Of a stretch of 64,000 nucleotides of DNA, positions 1-8,967 are shown piece by piece. The DNA lies in the NCBI GenBank assembly GCA_015068645.1, contig SVKD01000001.1, positions 65,877 to 129,876 of the forward strand, read 5' to 3'. How positions within the stretch are numbered: position 1 is the first letter of the stretch; every line of letters begins with the position of its first letter. The notes beneath the pieces are model-generated. The model searched no databases. It was not told the DNA's origin and was given only the letters and a program-made list of their open reading frames with translations. Source of the DNA: Oscillospiraceae bacterium (lineage in GTDB: Bacteria; Bacillota; Clostridia; UMGS1840). Both the position numbers and the translations under genes were made by a program.

Positions 1-1039
1 GGGCATTTGTTCCAAGTTCTCGATGCATTAGAGGAGCACAGTGAAAACCGCCTCTGGTGCTGATACCATATTCTTTGGAAAGCAGGGAAGCCACTTCTTC
101 TGAATAAAGAGAACCGATATTAAAAGACAAAATTCCTACATAATCTGAAAAATTGCCGCCGTGATACAATTTTATGGTAGGAATTTGCCGTAACTTTTCA
201 TAGACAAGCTTGCATAATTCCCGTTTATGAGAAAGAAGTTTGGCAGGAGTTTCTTGTAAAACAAACTGAATTCCTTCTCCCAATCCTAAAATACCGGGAG
301 TGTTCAAAGTTCCCACCTCAAATTGGTCGGGTAAAAAATCAGGCTGATGAAAATCGTTTGACAGACTTCCTGTTCCGCCTTCTAACACAGGAGAAAGGGA
401 AATATCCTCCGAAACATACAGAACTCCTGTTCCTTGAGGTCCGAGCAATGATTTATGTCCGCTGAAGACCGCCATTGTGTGATTCATTTTGCTTAAATTC
501 ACATCAATATTTCCGATTGCCTGAGAAAAATCAAATAGCAGCGTCCAACCCGATTGGTTGGCTTTCTGATAAATTTCCCGATAGGGAAGTATTCGTCCTG
601 TTACATTGGATGCCACATTTACAATCAGCAATCCCTGATAGGGAATTTCGCATTTCGGTAATTTCCTAAAATCCGGTGTGTTGTCTTTTTGGCTCGGTAA
701 AAGTGTGAGCCGATATTTTGAGTTGGAACATAATTGCCGTAACACTGAATTGTGTTCTGTTGCAGTGGTTACAACCTCTCCACCATCCGGCAAAAAGCCT
801 TTTAGAGCAAAATTCAGTCCGTAACTGGCATTCATGGTAAACACAATATTTTCAACATTGAAAATCCCAAGTAATTTTCCGATGTTTTCGCGGACAGATA
901 AAATTTTATCGGCATAATAAAAGGAAAGCCGGGAAGAATTTCTGCCCACATTCACCGAATGAGACAGGGCATTCCACACTGCTTTTTTCACAGCAAAGGG
1001 CTTCGGATGGCTGGTTGCTGCATTATCCAGGTAAATCAT
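1..1039 (-). CDS. Class V aminotransferase / cysteine desulfurase family protein (partial; C-terminal part lies outside the window)
   Basis: The minus-strand frame is open from ATG 1039 to the window edge; I hand-translated 1039->421 and found no stop. N-terminus is MIYLDNAATSHPKP, and ...AVFSGHKSLLGPQGTGVLYV carries the PLP-lysine SGHK motif typical of NifS/Csd-type enzymes. It is absent from the ORF track only because the window truncates it. Confidence 0.8.
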   Translation of the reverse strand, partial: MIYLDNAATSHPKPFAVKKAVWNALSHSVNVGRNSSRLSFYYADKILSVRENIGKLLGIFNVENIVFTMNASYGLNFALKGFLPDGGEVVTTATEHNSVLRQLCSNSKYRLTLLPSQKDNTPDFRKLPKCEIPYQGLLIVNVASNVTGRILPYREIYQKANQSGWTLLFDFSQAIGNIDVNLSKMNHTMAVFSGHKSLLGPQGTGVLYVSEDISLSPVLEGGTGSLSNDFHQPDFLPDQFEVGTLNTPGILGLGEGIQFVLQETPAKLLSHKRELCKLVYEKLRQIPTIKLYHGGNFSDYVGILSFNIGSLYSEEVASLLSKEYGISTRGGFHCAPLMHRELGTNA

Positions 1040-1289
1040 CGGTTAATTCCTCATATCGACCGTTTGGTTTCAGACGGTAAATCCCCAAAAAACCTTGTTT
1101 TCTGTTTTTTGTTAAATGCAGAATTTCTTTTAACTGTTCTTCAGAAAATGAAAGGGCGTAAGAACAGCCGCCTAAGAGATTTTTTGGTGTTTTGATTATT
1201 TCGGGTTTGTTTGCTGACCAGAATCGGTTTCGAATTTGTCCTGCATAAGATAAGGACTTAAATACTGCAAGATATTGAGAAGTTTTCAT
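1023..1289 (-). CDS. DUF3343-like small protein (putative Se/S carrier-like)
   Basis: 88-aa ORF with a GAAGGA RBS upstream. The pattern IIKTPKNLLGGCSYALSF..EEQLKEIL resembles DUF3343 proteins, which usually accompany cysteine desulfurases. It overlaps the desulfurase start by 17 nt. Confidence 0.45.
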   Translation of the reverse strand: MKTSQYLAVFKSLSYAGQIRNRFWSANKPEIIKTPKNLLGGCSYALSFSEEQLKEILHLTKNRKQGFLGIYRLKPNGRYEELTDDLPG

Positions 1290-1386
1290 TTTGATTCCTT
1301 CTTTTTTTCAATATAAAAAATCCCCCTTACCATTCTATGTTTTCTAATAAGAATCGTGAGAGGGTTTTTTGTTCTCTTTTTTTAGA

Positions 1387-2127
1387 TTATTTCGATTTTT
1401 TTCGGGGCGTTCTTTCATCCGTAAAACCGGATAGTTTTGCACGGCATAAACCACCAAATACTTTCTCTTTTAAATCAGGATAATCTTTTCGCAAATCATA
1501 AATCAAATCCTTAATTTCCTGACGTTTGCTTTCCCCGTCATTGGGGCAGGGATTTTTAAACACAGGCAATTCCAGTCGTTCTGCGGTGGATTTGATTTCT
1601 GCTTCGGGAGCAAAAATTAACGGTCTTATCTGAGTGATATCCCGTCTGCTTAAGTAGGTAACAGGGGAGAAGCAACCGATATTCCCTTCATAAAAGAGCT
1701 TCATAAAAAAGGTTTCCACCACATCGTCATAGTGATGCCCTAATGCCACTTTGTTGCATCCTAACTGTTTTGCATAATCCATAAGTGCTCCTTTTCGAAG
1801 CTTGGCGCATAAGGAACATGGATTTTCTTCTTTTCTGATATCAAACACAATTTCTTTGATTTGTGTTTTGATGACGTGATAGTGGATACCGTGTTTTTCT
1901 GCTAGCTTTTGGATTTCAGCAGTTTCTAAGGGAATATCAAAACCTAAATCCACAGTGATTCCCATCAGCTGAAAGGGTACGGGATAAAACCGTTTTAACT
2001 GAATCATCGCCTGAAATAAAACAATAGAGTCTTTTCCACCTGATATTCCAACGGCAATTACGTCGTTTTCTGCGATCATATGATAATCGTCAATCGCTCG
2101 TCGCAAGTAACTGAGCATCTTTCTCAT
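1387..2127 (-). CDS. ttcA: TtcA-family PP-loop ATPase (tRNA 2-thiocytidine biosynthesis type)
   Basis: PP-loop motif SGGKDS, cysteine motif CSLCAKLRKGAL and GHHYDD. Start moved from ORF-track 2190 to ATG 2127, which has an AAAGGA RBS 9 nt upstream; ATG 2118 is an alternative. Confidence 0.75.
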   Translation of the reverse strand: MRKMLSYLRRAIDDYHMIAENDVIAVGISGGKDSIVLFQAMIQLKRFYPVPFQLMGITVDLGFDIPLETAEIQKLAEKHGIHYHVIKTQIKEIVFDIRKEENPCSLCAKLRKGALMDYAKQLGCNKVALGHHYDDVVETFFMKLFYEGNIGCFSPVTYLSRRDITQIRPLIFAPEAEIKSTAERLELPVFKNPCPNDGESKRQEIKDLIYDLRKDYPDLKEKVFGGLCRAKLSGFTDERTPRKKSK

Positions 2128-3079
2128 AAGGTGCAATCCTTTCTGTGTATTCATCCGGTTCATATAATTTATAACCGGAATAGCTATCATAAGATATAGT
2201 CATTTTATAACCATAATTTGGCAGATAATAGGTTTTCACTTCACAACCTGCGTGTTTGGCAAGTAATTTCTTTCGGTCTTTGGAAAAATCGGTCAGCTCT
2301 CGGGAGAATTCTGCTTTGTCATCGGTGGAAAGCACTGTAAACTCTGCGGTGGCTGTATCATTTGCTTGTATCAATCGGACAATAATTTTGGTATTGTTGT
2401 TTGCTTGAAAGGGTTGGAAGAATATATCCAGTAAATCAATCAACTTTTCACGGCTACCCAGTACAAAAGCTGATTTGAATTCGTGATAAGTAATCCAGAT
2501 ATTATCAGGATATTTCGCTTCATATTCTTCTAAATAGCTTCGTACTACCAAAGAAAAATTAAATGATTCATGATGATATTTTTCTTTGGGGTCACTTTGC
2601 ACAATTTGTGCCACACAATCGTCAATTTTTCGGTACAACTCTGAAAAAGCTTTTTTTAATCGTTTAATTTGTGTTAAATTTCTGGTGGTTTTCATTTCAT
2701 CAATCAGCTCGTAAATCGCCTGATTGTCTTCTTGTAATATGGTTTCCATTATTGATTCTTTGCGAAGGGGCAACACATCTGAATTGGTATGATTAAGGTT
2801 TTCATTGGTATAGATTAAAATGGTTTCTGTTTTCTGGAATTTTATTCTGGACACTCTTGCAGAGAATAAGGAACCTGTGGATTTACAGCATAGATTGACT
2901 GTAGATTTTTTATTAGGTTCCAATTTTGAGAGTTGCTCAATCGATTCTTTGATCAAGATTTCTTCCATCCGTTTTCCCGACAAGGCAGGGAGAGCAGTAT
3001 CAAATAAGCAACGGGTAGGACTTTGTGCATAAACCAGAGTGCCGTTATTAAAAACAAGCAGTGTGTATTCCTTTTCCAT
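2090..3079 (-). CDS. Hypothetical protein, degenerate histidine-kinase-like architecture (function unknown)
   Basis: 329-aa ORF with an AGGAGA RBS. Its ATG shares one nucleotide with the mrnC stop (TAATG). Layout: N-terminal alpha/beta region, a central helical segment, and a C-terminal region with an N-box-like LIDLLDIFFQPFQANNNT but no DxGxG/GxGxG ATP-lid motifs. No family recognised. Confidence 0.5.
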   Translation of the reverse strand: MEKEYTLLVFNNGTLVYAQSPTRCLFDTALPALSGKRMEEILIKESIEQLSKLEPNKKSTVNLCCKSTGSLFSARVSRIKFQKTETILIYTNENLNHTNSDVLPLRKESIMETILQEDNQAIYELIDEMKTTRNLTQIKRLKKAFSELYRKIDDCVAQIVQSDPKEKYHHESFNFSLVVRSYLEEYEAKYPDNIWITYHEFKSAFVLGSREKLIDLLDIFFQPFQANNNTKIIVRLIQANDTATAEFTVLSTDDKAEFSRELTDFSKDRKKLLAKHAGCEVKTYYLPNYGYKMTISYDSYSGYKLYEPDEYTERIAPYEKDAQLLATSD

Positions 3080-3474
3080 TATGCTTCTCCTATTAGTTCT
3101 CTTGCAATTTGATAAGATTGTTCCATCAGCTCGTTTAAACGCGTCTGATCTTTAGAAAGATATAAATAACCGAATAATGCTTCTAAGCCCGTCGCATTAT
3201 GATATTCTTTAAAATCGGCATTTTTCGCTTTGGTGTTTACTTTGGTATTTCGGCCTCGTTTAAAAATATCGGTTTCATCATCAGTAAGGCTATTTAGTAA
3301 CACTTCTACAATCTGACTTTGTGCCTTTGCGCTGACAAAGTTTTTCGCCTCTTTATGTAAACGATTTACTTTTTTGTCACCATTTTCGGTTAATTTAGTG
3401 CGGATAAACACTTCATAAATTGCATCTCCTACATAGGCAAGAGTTAAAGAAGAATAAGACTGATAAGGATTCAT
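3079..3474 (-). CDS. mrnC: Mini-ribonuclease 3
   Basis: 131 aa. The LAYVGDAIYEVFIR RNase III-like signature and the size are typical of Mini-III (YazC/MrnC). Confidence 0.85.
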   Translation of the reverse strand: MNPYQSYSSLTLAYVGDAIYEVFIRTKLTENGDKKVNRLHKEAKNFVSAKAQSQIVEVLLNSLTDDETDIFKRGRNTKVNTKAKNADFKEYHNATGLEALFGYLYLSKDQTRLNELMEQSYQIARELIGEA

Positions 3475-3495
3475 ATAAAATAAATTTCCTTTCCG

Positions 3496-5646
3496 TTATT
3501 GGGGTTTCTTTTTTAAAGTAAGCGCAATTCTGTTTTTGGATAAATCTACCGAGAGTACTGTTGCGGTAACTACCTGACCGACTGATAACATTTCCGAAGG
3601 ATGACGAATAAATTTATCGGAAATCTGAGAAATATGTACCAATCCGTCGTGATGCACACCTAAATCAATAAATGCACCGAAGTCAACCACGTTACGAACG
3701 GTACCGGTTACTTCCATTCCTTCCTTCAAATCCTTGATATCCAGGATATCTTTACGAAGAAGGGGAGGCGGTAATTCGTCACGGATATCGCGTCCGGGTT
3801 TTGCCAGTTCTTTTACAATATCCTTTAGGGTCGGAAGACCAATGTTTAATTCTTCTGCCAATGTTTTTGCAACATAGCCATCAATCTTAACGGAGAGCTC
3901 TCCCATATTTCCTTTTGCCACATCGGTTAAGTCGTAAGAAAAACGGCTTAAAATTTCTTTGCAGGCATCGTAGGTTTCGGGATGCACGCCTGTATTATCC
4001 AGCACATTTTTGCCGTCAGGGATTCGTAAGAAACCTGCACACTGGGTGTATGCTTTCGGACCGAGTTTGGGAACCTTCAAAAGCTGAGAGCGGGAATTGA
4101 AAGCTCCGTTTTCCTCACGGTATTTTACAATGTTTCCTGCGACGGATGCACTAAGTCCTGCCACATATTCCAATAAGGACGGGGAAGCAGTATTTAAGTC
4201 TACACCAACTTTATTTACGCAGTCCTCTACGACGCCAAGCAACGCCTCAGATAGTCGTTTTTGCGGCATATCATGCTGATACTGCCCTACGCCGATTGCT
4301 TTGGGGTCAATTTTTACCAGTTCGGATAACGGATCCTGCAGACGTCTGCCGATAGATACCGCACTTCTTAAGGAAACATCAAATTCAGGGAATTCCTGAG
4401 CACCTAATTTGGATGCAGAGTACACGGAAGCTCCTGCTTCGGATACCACCATATAGGATAGAGGACGCTCAATTTCAGAAATCAGTTCTGCAATAAATAA
4501 TTCGGATTCTTTGGAAGCAGTACCATTTCCGATAGAAATAATTTCAACTTGATGTTTTTCAATCAGTTTCTTTAATGTGATTTTTGCTTCTGCAATTTTA
4601 TTTTGGGGTGGAGTGGGATAGATCACCGTGGTATCCAGCACTTTTCCTGTTTGGTCACAGACAGCAATTTTGCAGCCGGTACGGTATGCAGGGTCCACCG
4701 CTAACACCACTTTTCCTTTAATTGGCGGTTGCATGAGCAGTGCTTTTAAATTGAGACCGAAAATCTTAATTGCCTGCTCGGATGCCATATCGGTTAACAG
4801 AGAACGCACTTCACGTTCTAAAGAGGGGTGTATCAGACGTTTATAAGCATCTGCAATGGCATCTTTTACATAGCTTGTCCAAATGCATTCATATTTTAAA
4901 TATTCGTCTTCCAATACTTTCAGACAGCTTTCTTCATCAATTACTACAGATACTTTCAGCATATCTTCTTTTTCACCGCGGTTAATGGCAAGAATGCGGT
5001 GAGAGGGAATTTTATGCACGGGTTCGGAATATTCATAGTACATCTGATAAACCGATTCTGCATCTTCTTCTTTTGCAACAGTGCTGATAAGTCCGGATTT
5101 ATTGTAAATTTTACGAATTTTATCACGGCAAGCAGGATTATCACTCACGTCCTCTGCTAAAATATCCATAGCACCCTGCAAAGCATCTTCCGGAGTTTCT
5201 ACCGATTCTGTTACAAATTCTTTGGCAATTTCCAAAACGTCTCCGGTTTTATCTTCTTGCGCAATCATACGTTCATACAGCGGAGTAAGTCCTTTTTCTT
5301 TCGCCATAGAAGCACGTGTTTTCTTTTTCTGTTTGAACGGACGGTAAATATCCTCCAGTCTTGCCAGAGTTGTAGCCGCTTCGATATCTTTTAAGATTTC
5401 GTCGGTCATTTTTTCCTGCTCGGTGATGGAATTGATAATTTCCTGCTTTCTTTCTTCTAAATTTCGAAGATAAGTAAGTCTGTCAAAAATGTCACGCAAT
5501 ACCTGGTCATCGCAGGAATTAGTTAATTCTTTTCGGTAACGGGCAATAAAAGGAATGGTATTTTTTTCGTCAATCAAATTAACAATATTCTGTATGTATT
5601 TTTCCTGAATGGAAAATTCTTGGGATAACATTTGGATGATGTTCAT
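3496..5646 (-). CDS. tex: Tex-like transcription accessory protein (YqgF/RuvC-like, HhH and C-terminal S1 domains)
   Basis: 716 aa. N-terminal Tex helical region (IPFIARYRKE), a central YqgF-like region (VLAVDPAYRTGCKIAV), and a C-terminal S1 domain (GTVRNVVDFGAFIDLGVHHDGLVHISQ). Confidence 0.9.
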   Translation of the reverse strand: MNIIQMLSQEFSIQEKYIQNIVNLIDEKNTIPFIARYRKELTNSCDDQVLRDIFDRLTYLRNLEERKQEIINSITEQEKMTDEILKDIEAATTLARLEDIYRPFKQKKKTRASMAKEKGLTPLYERMIAQEDKTGDVLEIAKEFVTESVETPEDALQGAMDILAEDVSDNPACRDKIRKIYNKSGLISTVAKEEDAESVYQMYYEYSEPVHKIPSHRILAINRGEKEDMLKVSVVIDEESCLKVLEDEYLKYECIWTSYVKDAIADAYKRLIHPSLEREVRSLLTDMASEQAIKIFGLNLKALLMQPPIKGKVVLAVDPAYRTGCKIAVCDQTGKVLDTTVIYPTPPQNKIAEAKITLKKLIEKHQVEIISIGNGTASKESELFIAELISEIERPLSYMVVSEAGASVYSASKLGAQEFPEFDVSLRSAVSIGRRLQDPLSELVKIDPKAIGVGQYQHDMPQKRLSEALLGVVEDCVNKVGVDLNTASPSLLEYVAGLSASVAGNIVKYREENGAFNSRSQLLKVPKLGPKAYTQCAGFLRIPDGKNVLDNTGVHPETYDACKEILSRFSYDLTDVAKGNMGELSVKIDGYVAKTLAEELNIGLPTLKDIVKELAKPGRDIRDELPPPLLRKDILDIKDLKEGMEVTGTVRNVVDFGAFIDLGVHHDGLVHISQISDKFIRHPSEMLSVGQVVTATVLSVDLSKNRIALTLKKKPQ

Positions 5647-5866
5647 AATCTCGGGCTCCTTACAATAATCTTACCTTTTATTTTATCCGATTTTCACTTT
5701 ATTGTCAAGAAAATACAGACAGAATATTGATAGAAAAGTCATCAAACAGGACATCCTTTAATATTTTATCAAAAACTATTGATTTTTTCCGAAAAATAAT
5801 GTAAAATAAAGAGGTTAAAAAATAAAATATGTATCTTAAACTGATACGGCACTAAAAGGAGTTCCT

Positions 5867-6952
5867 ATGAAACGTATTGGAATTTTAACGGGCGGCGGAG
5901 ACTGTCCCGGCTTAAATCCGGTCATTCGCGCAGTAGTAAAGACAGCTATTGAGAAGTACGGTATGAGCGTTGTCGGCTTTAAGAACGGTTATAAAGGTTT
6001 GTATGAAAATCAGACTTTGGAACTGACATTGGAAAACACCTCGGGGATTTTGCACCGTGGAGGTACTATTTTATTCAGCTCCAATAAAGATAATTTATTT
6101 GATTACTTAGTACCCGATGAAAACGGAAACATGGTGAAAAAAGACGTTTCTTCTGTGGGTGTTGAAAATATCAAAAAGAATAACATTGATGCCATGATTA
6201 TTATCGGTGGCGACGGCACACTAACCAGCGGACGTGATTTCGCAAGATTAGGCGTTCCTGTAATCGGTGTTCCAAAAACCATTGATAACGATTTATCTTC
6301 CACTGATACCACTTTTGGTTTTGATACCGCTGTGGGCGTTGCAACCGATGCGATTGACAGAATTCATACCACTGCAGAATCTCACCACAGAATTATCACT
6401 GTAGAAATTATGGGAAGATACGCAGGTTTCTTAGGATTATCCTCAGGGGTTGCAGGGGGTGCAGACGTTATCTTAATCCCCGAAATTCCCTACGATATCA
6501 ATAAAGTGGCAGAACATATCAAAAAACGTATTGCCCAAGGAAAAGAATTTTCCGTTGTGGCAGTTGCAGAAGGAGCAAAATCCATTACCGGTGAAGTGGT
6601 GATTCAAAAAGTAATTGAAAACAGTCCTGACCCGGTTCGTCTGGGCGGTGTTGCACAAAAAGTTGCAGAAGACTTGGAACAGATGGTTGGTTTGGAAGCT
6701 CGTGCTACCATTTTGGGACATATTCAGAGAGGCGGAACACCATCCTCTGCAGATAGAATTCTGTCCACCCGTTACGGTGTGGCTGCCGTGGAACTTGCAA
6801 TGGCAGGAAAATTCGGCAATATGGTTTGTTTAAAAGACAACCAGATGACTTACGCTTCCTTAGAAGATGTTATCGGTGCTAATAAAGCCGTAGACCCCAA
6901 CGGGGAACTGGTACAAGCTGCGAAAGCTATCGGTACTTGTTTCGGTGACTAA
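5867..6952 (+). CDS. 6-phosphofructokinase, 361-aa paralog (phosphoryl donor uncertain)
   Basis: Motifs GILTGGGDCPGLN, IIIGGDGTLTSG, VIGVPKTIDNDL, EIMGRYAGF and GHIQRGG. AAAGGAG RBS. See finding on the mixed donor signature. Confidence 0.85.
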   Translation: MKRIGILTGGGDCPGLNPVIRAVVKTAIEKYGMSVVGFKNGYKGLYENQTLELTLENTSGILHRGGTILFSSNKDNLFDYLVPDENGNMVKKDVSSVGVENIKKNNIDAMIIIGGDGTLTSGRDFARLGVPVIGVPKTIDNDLSSTDTTFGFDTAVGVATDAIDRIHTTAESHHRIITVEIMGRYAGFLGLSSGVAGGADVILIPEIPYDINKVAEHIKKRIAQGKEFSVVAVAEGAKSITGEVVIQKVIENSPDPVRLGGVAQKVAEDLEQMVGLEARATILGHIQRGGTPSSADRILSTRYGVAAVELAMAGKFGNMVCLKDNQMTYASLEDVIGANKAVDPNGELVQAAKAIGTCFGD

Positions 6953-6965
6953 TAAAAACAAAAAA

Positions 6966-6997
6966 ACGCAGATTTTTTCATAAAATCTGCGTTTTTT
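6966..6997 (+). terminator. Rho-independent terminator after pfk paralog
   Basis: 11-bp stem ACGCAGATTTT / AAAATCTGCGT with a 5-nt loop, followed by a T-run. Confidence 0.7.
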
Positions 6998-7101
6998 ATC
7001 ACAATATTTGACTTTGAAACTGCACTGTGGTAAAATAATCATATCTTAGACAGTAACAGATCAATTTTGATTCTGATTTAATATGAGGGGATGTCAAGAA
7101 T

Positions 7102-7452
7102 ATGCGGAAGGAGGCTAAAATCAAATTGAAAAAATTTATATTTGAAATGATTATATTAGGATTTCAATTATTTTTATTTTATATTTTCCCGTTATTTTTA
7201 GGTCCCACCAATGCAATCGAAATGGTACTTTTTATTATTTCAGCCACATTTTTGCTTTCTTTGGTGATTGGTTGTGTTTCCACCCATCAGATTCGATTTT
7301 TCTATCCCTTCGTAACGGCAATAATATTTATTCCTTCAGTTTTTCTTTATTATAACGAATCAGCACTGGTACATTCTGTCTGGTATTTAGTAGTATCATC
7401 GGTAGGAATGTTATTAGGTTCCATAACAAAACTTGGGAAAAAGAACTTATAA
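7102..7452 (+). CDS. Small integral membrane protein (hypothetical)
   Basis: 116-aa ORF with about four hydrophobic helices. No recognisable family. Confidence 0.45.
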   Translation: MRKEAKIKLKKFIFEMIILGFQLFLFYIFPLFLGPTNAIEMVLFIISATFLLSLVIGCVSTHQIRFFYPFVTAIIFIPSVFLYYNESALVHSVWYLVVSSVGMLLGSITKLGKKNL

Positions 7453-7522
7453 ATCAAAAAATCAGATGACAAATCAGAATACGATGGCTTTTTAAATCTT
7501 TTTGATATTTCTTCCAACACAC

Positions 7523-7551
7523 TTGATTTTTAAAAAAATATATACTATAAT
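7523..7551 (+). promoter_or_regulatory. Sigma-A-type promoter candidate for the MFS transporter gene
   Basis: TTGATT (7523-7528), a 17-nt spacer, then TATAAT (7546-7551). It lies about 35 nt upstream of ATG 7587. Confidence 0.5.
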
Positions 7552-7586
7552 ATCTAAGTACAAAATTTTATGAAAAGGAAAATTTT

Positions 7587-8819
7587 ATGAACAAAACAAT
7601 GAAAAAAGAACAAAATCTCTACCTTCGCTGGTTTTATATGATTGTTGGTGTGGTTGCTATGCTGTTTGCAGGAGTGCTATACGCCTGGTCTATTTTAAAA
7701 TCGCCCTTATCCACAGAATTCGGATGGGGTCCATCCGATCTTGCTCTTTGCTTTACTCTGGCAATGACCTTTTTCTGCGTTGGCGGTTTGCTTGGTGCAC
7801 GACTTTCAGAACGGGCGGGACACAGAGTTGCCCTGATTACGGCAGGAGTTTTGTCTGCTGCAGGATTTTTCCTGACTGCTGCTTTGCAGAACGTGTCAGT
7901 TGTGATGTTATATCTTACCTATGGTGTGTTGGCAGGTCTTGGCATCGGAATTGCCTATAACGTTTCGATTGCCACAGTGAGCGTCTGGTTTCCTGACAAA
8001 AAGGGACTTTGCTCCGGTTGTCTGATGATGGGATTTGGAGCATCTGCATTGGTATTAGGGAATGTGGCAGATGCAATGTTTAAAAGTACCGTTGGTTGGC
8101 GTATGACTTATGTGGCATTAGGGGTTTCCATTTTTATTATTTTAACTTTGGCGGGACTGTTACTGAAAAAACCTTCTGCCGATACCATTTTACCCACACC
8201 AAAAGCTAATAAAAACACACAAGCCGAAACATTTGAAAAACAGGAATACACCTCTTTGCAGATGCTAAAAAGACCGTCTTTTTGGATGGCATTTATTACC
8301 ATTTCTTTCTTGGCTGCAGTGGGTAGTTCTGTAATTAGTTTTGCAAAAGACTTAGCACTTTCCGTTCAAGCTCCTGAATCCTTAGCAGTTTCCTTGGTAG
8401 GAGTGTTGTCTGTATGCAACGGAATCGGACGAATCCTTACAGGTGCAATCTTTGATGTGATTGGTCGCAGAAAAACAATGCTTTGCGCAAATATTTTAAC
8501 GATTGGCGCTGCCGCAGTTACTTTGTTTGCGGTGTCTTCCGGTAATCTGTGGCTTTGTATCATTGGTCTTTGTCTGACAGGGATTTCATACGGTGCCTGT
8601 CCCACCATTACTGCCGCGTGCACTTCTTCCTTTTATGGTATGAAGCATTTTCCAAACAATATGGCAATTATGACTTTTACCGTTATGGTTGGTTCTTTTA
8701 TCGCCACGGCATCCAACACTGTTTTGGAAGCATCCGGTGCATACATTATGCCTTTTATTATGCTTCTTGCTCTGACATTTGTGGCACTTGTTTTAAACTT
8801 GTTTATCCGTAAACCGTGA
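7587..8819 (+). CDS. MFS transporter (oxalate/formate antiporter-like OFA family)
   Basis: 410 aa with about 12 predicted TM helices. The N-terminal RWFYMIVGVVAMLFAGVLYAWSIL pattern is typical of OFA-family MFS proteins. Confidence 0.75.
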   Translation: MNKTMKKEQNLYLRWFYMIVGVVAMLFAGVLYAWSILKSPLSTEFGWGPSDLALCFTLAMTFFCVGGLLGARLSERAGHRVALITAGVLSAAGFFLTAALQNVSVVMLYLTYGVLAGLGIGIAYNVSIATVSVWFPDKKGLCSGCLMMGFGASALVLGNVADAMFKSTVGWRMTYVALGVSIFIILTLAGLLLKKPSADTILPTPKANKNTQAETFEKQEYTSLQMLKRPSFWMAFITISFLAAVGSSVISFAKDLALSVQAPESLAVSLVGVLSVCNGIGRILTGAIFDVIGRRKTMLCANILTIGAAAVTLFAVSSGNLWLCIIGLCLTGISYGACPTITAACTSSFYGMKHFPNNMAIMTFTVMVGSFIATASNTVLEASGAYIMPFIMLLALTFVALVLNLFIRKP

Positions 8820-8822
8820 TCA

Positions 8823-8865
8823 AAAAAGCAGATTTTTCCCGAAAAAAGAAGAATCTGCTTTTTTG
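8823..8865 (+). terminator. Rho-independent terminator after MFS gene
   Basis: 11-bp stem (GCAGATTTTTC / GAAGAATCTGC, one G-U pair) flanked by an A-run and a T-run. Confidence 0.7.
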
Positions 8866-8967
8866 TTTCATTGTTTGACATTAGGGAGTTATTATGATAA
8901 AATAATAATAGAATTATAGTTGTCTGTCGATACTAAAACTAATTCTGTAATGAGGAGCGTATCGGAT

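Noticed and set aside
475-1195. ORF-track entries 475..669 (+) and 959..1195 (+)
   Set aside because: They lie antisense to or overlap the uninterrupted cysteine-desulfurase frame on the minus strand, which has clear family motifs. The + strand products are low-complexity and lack an RBS.
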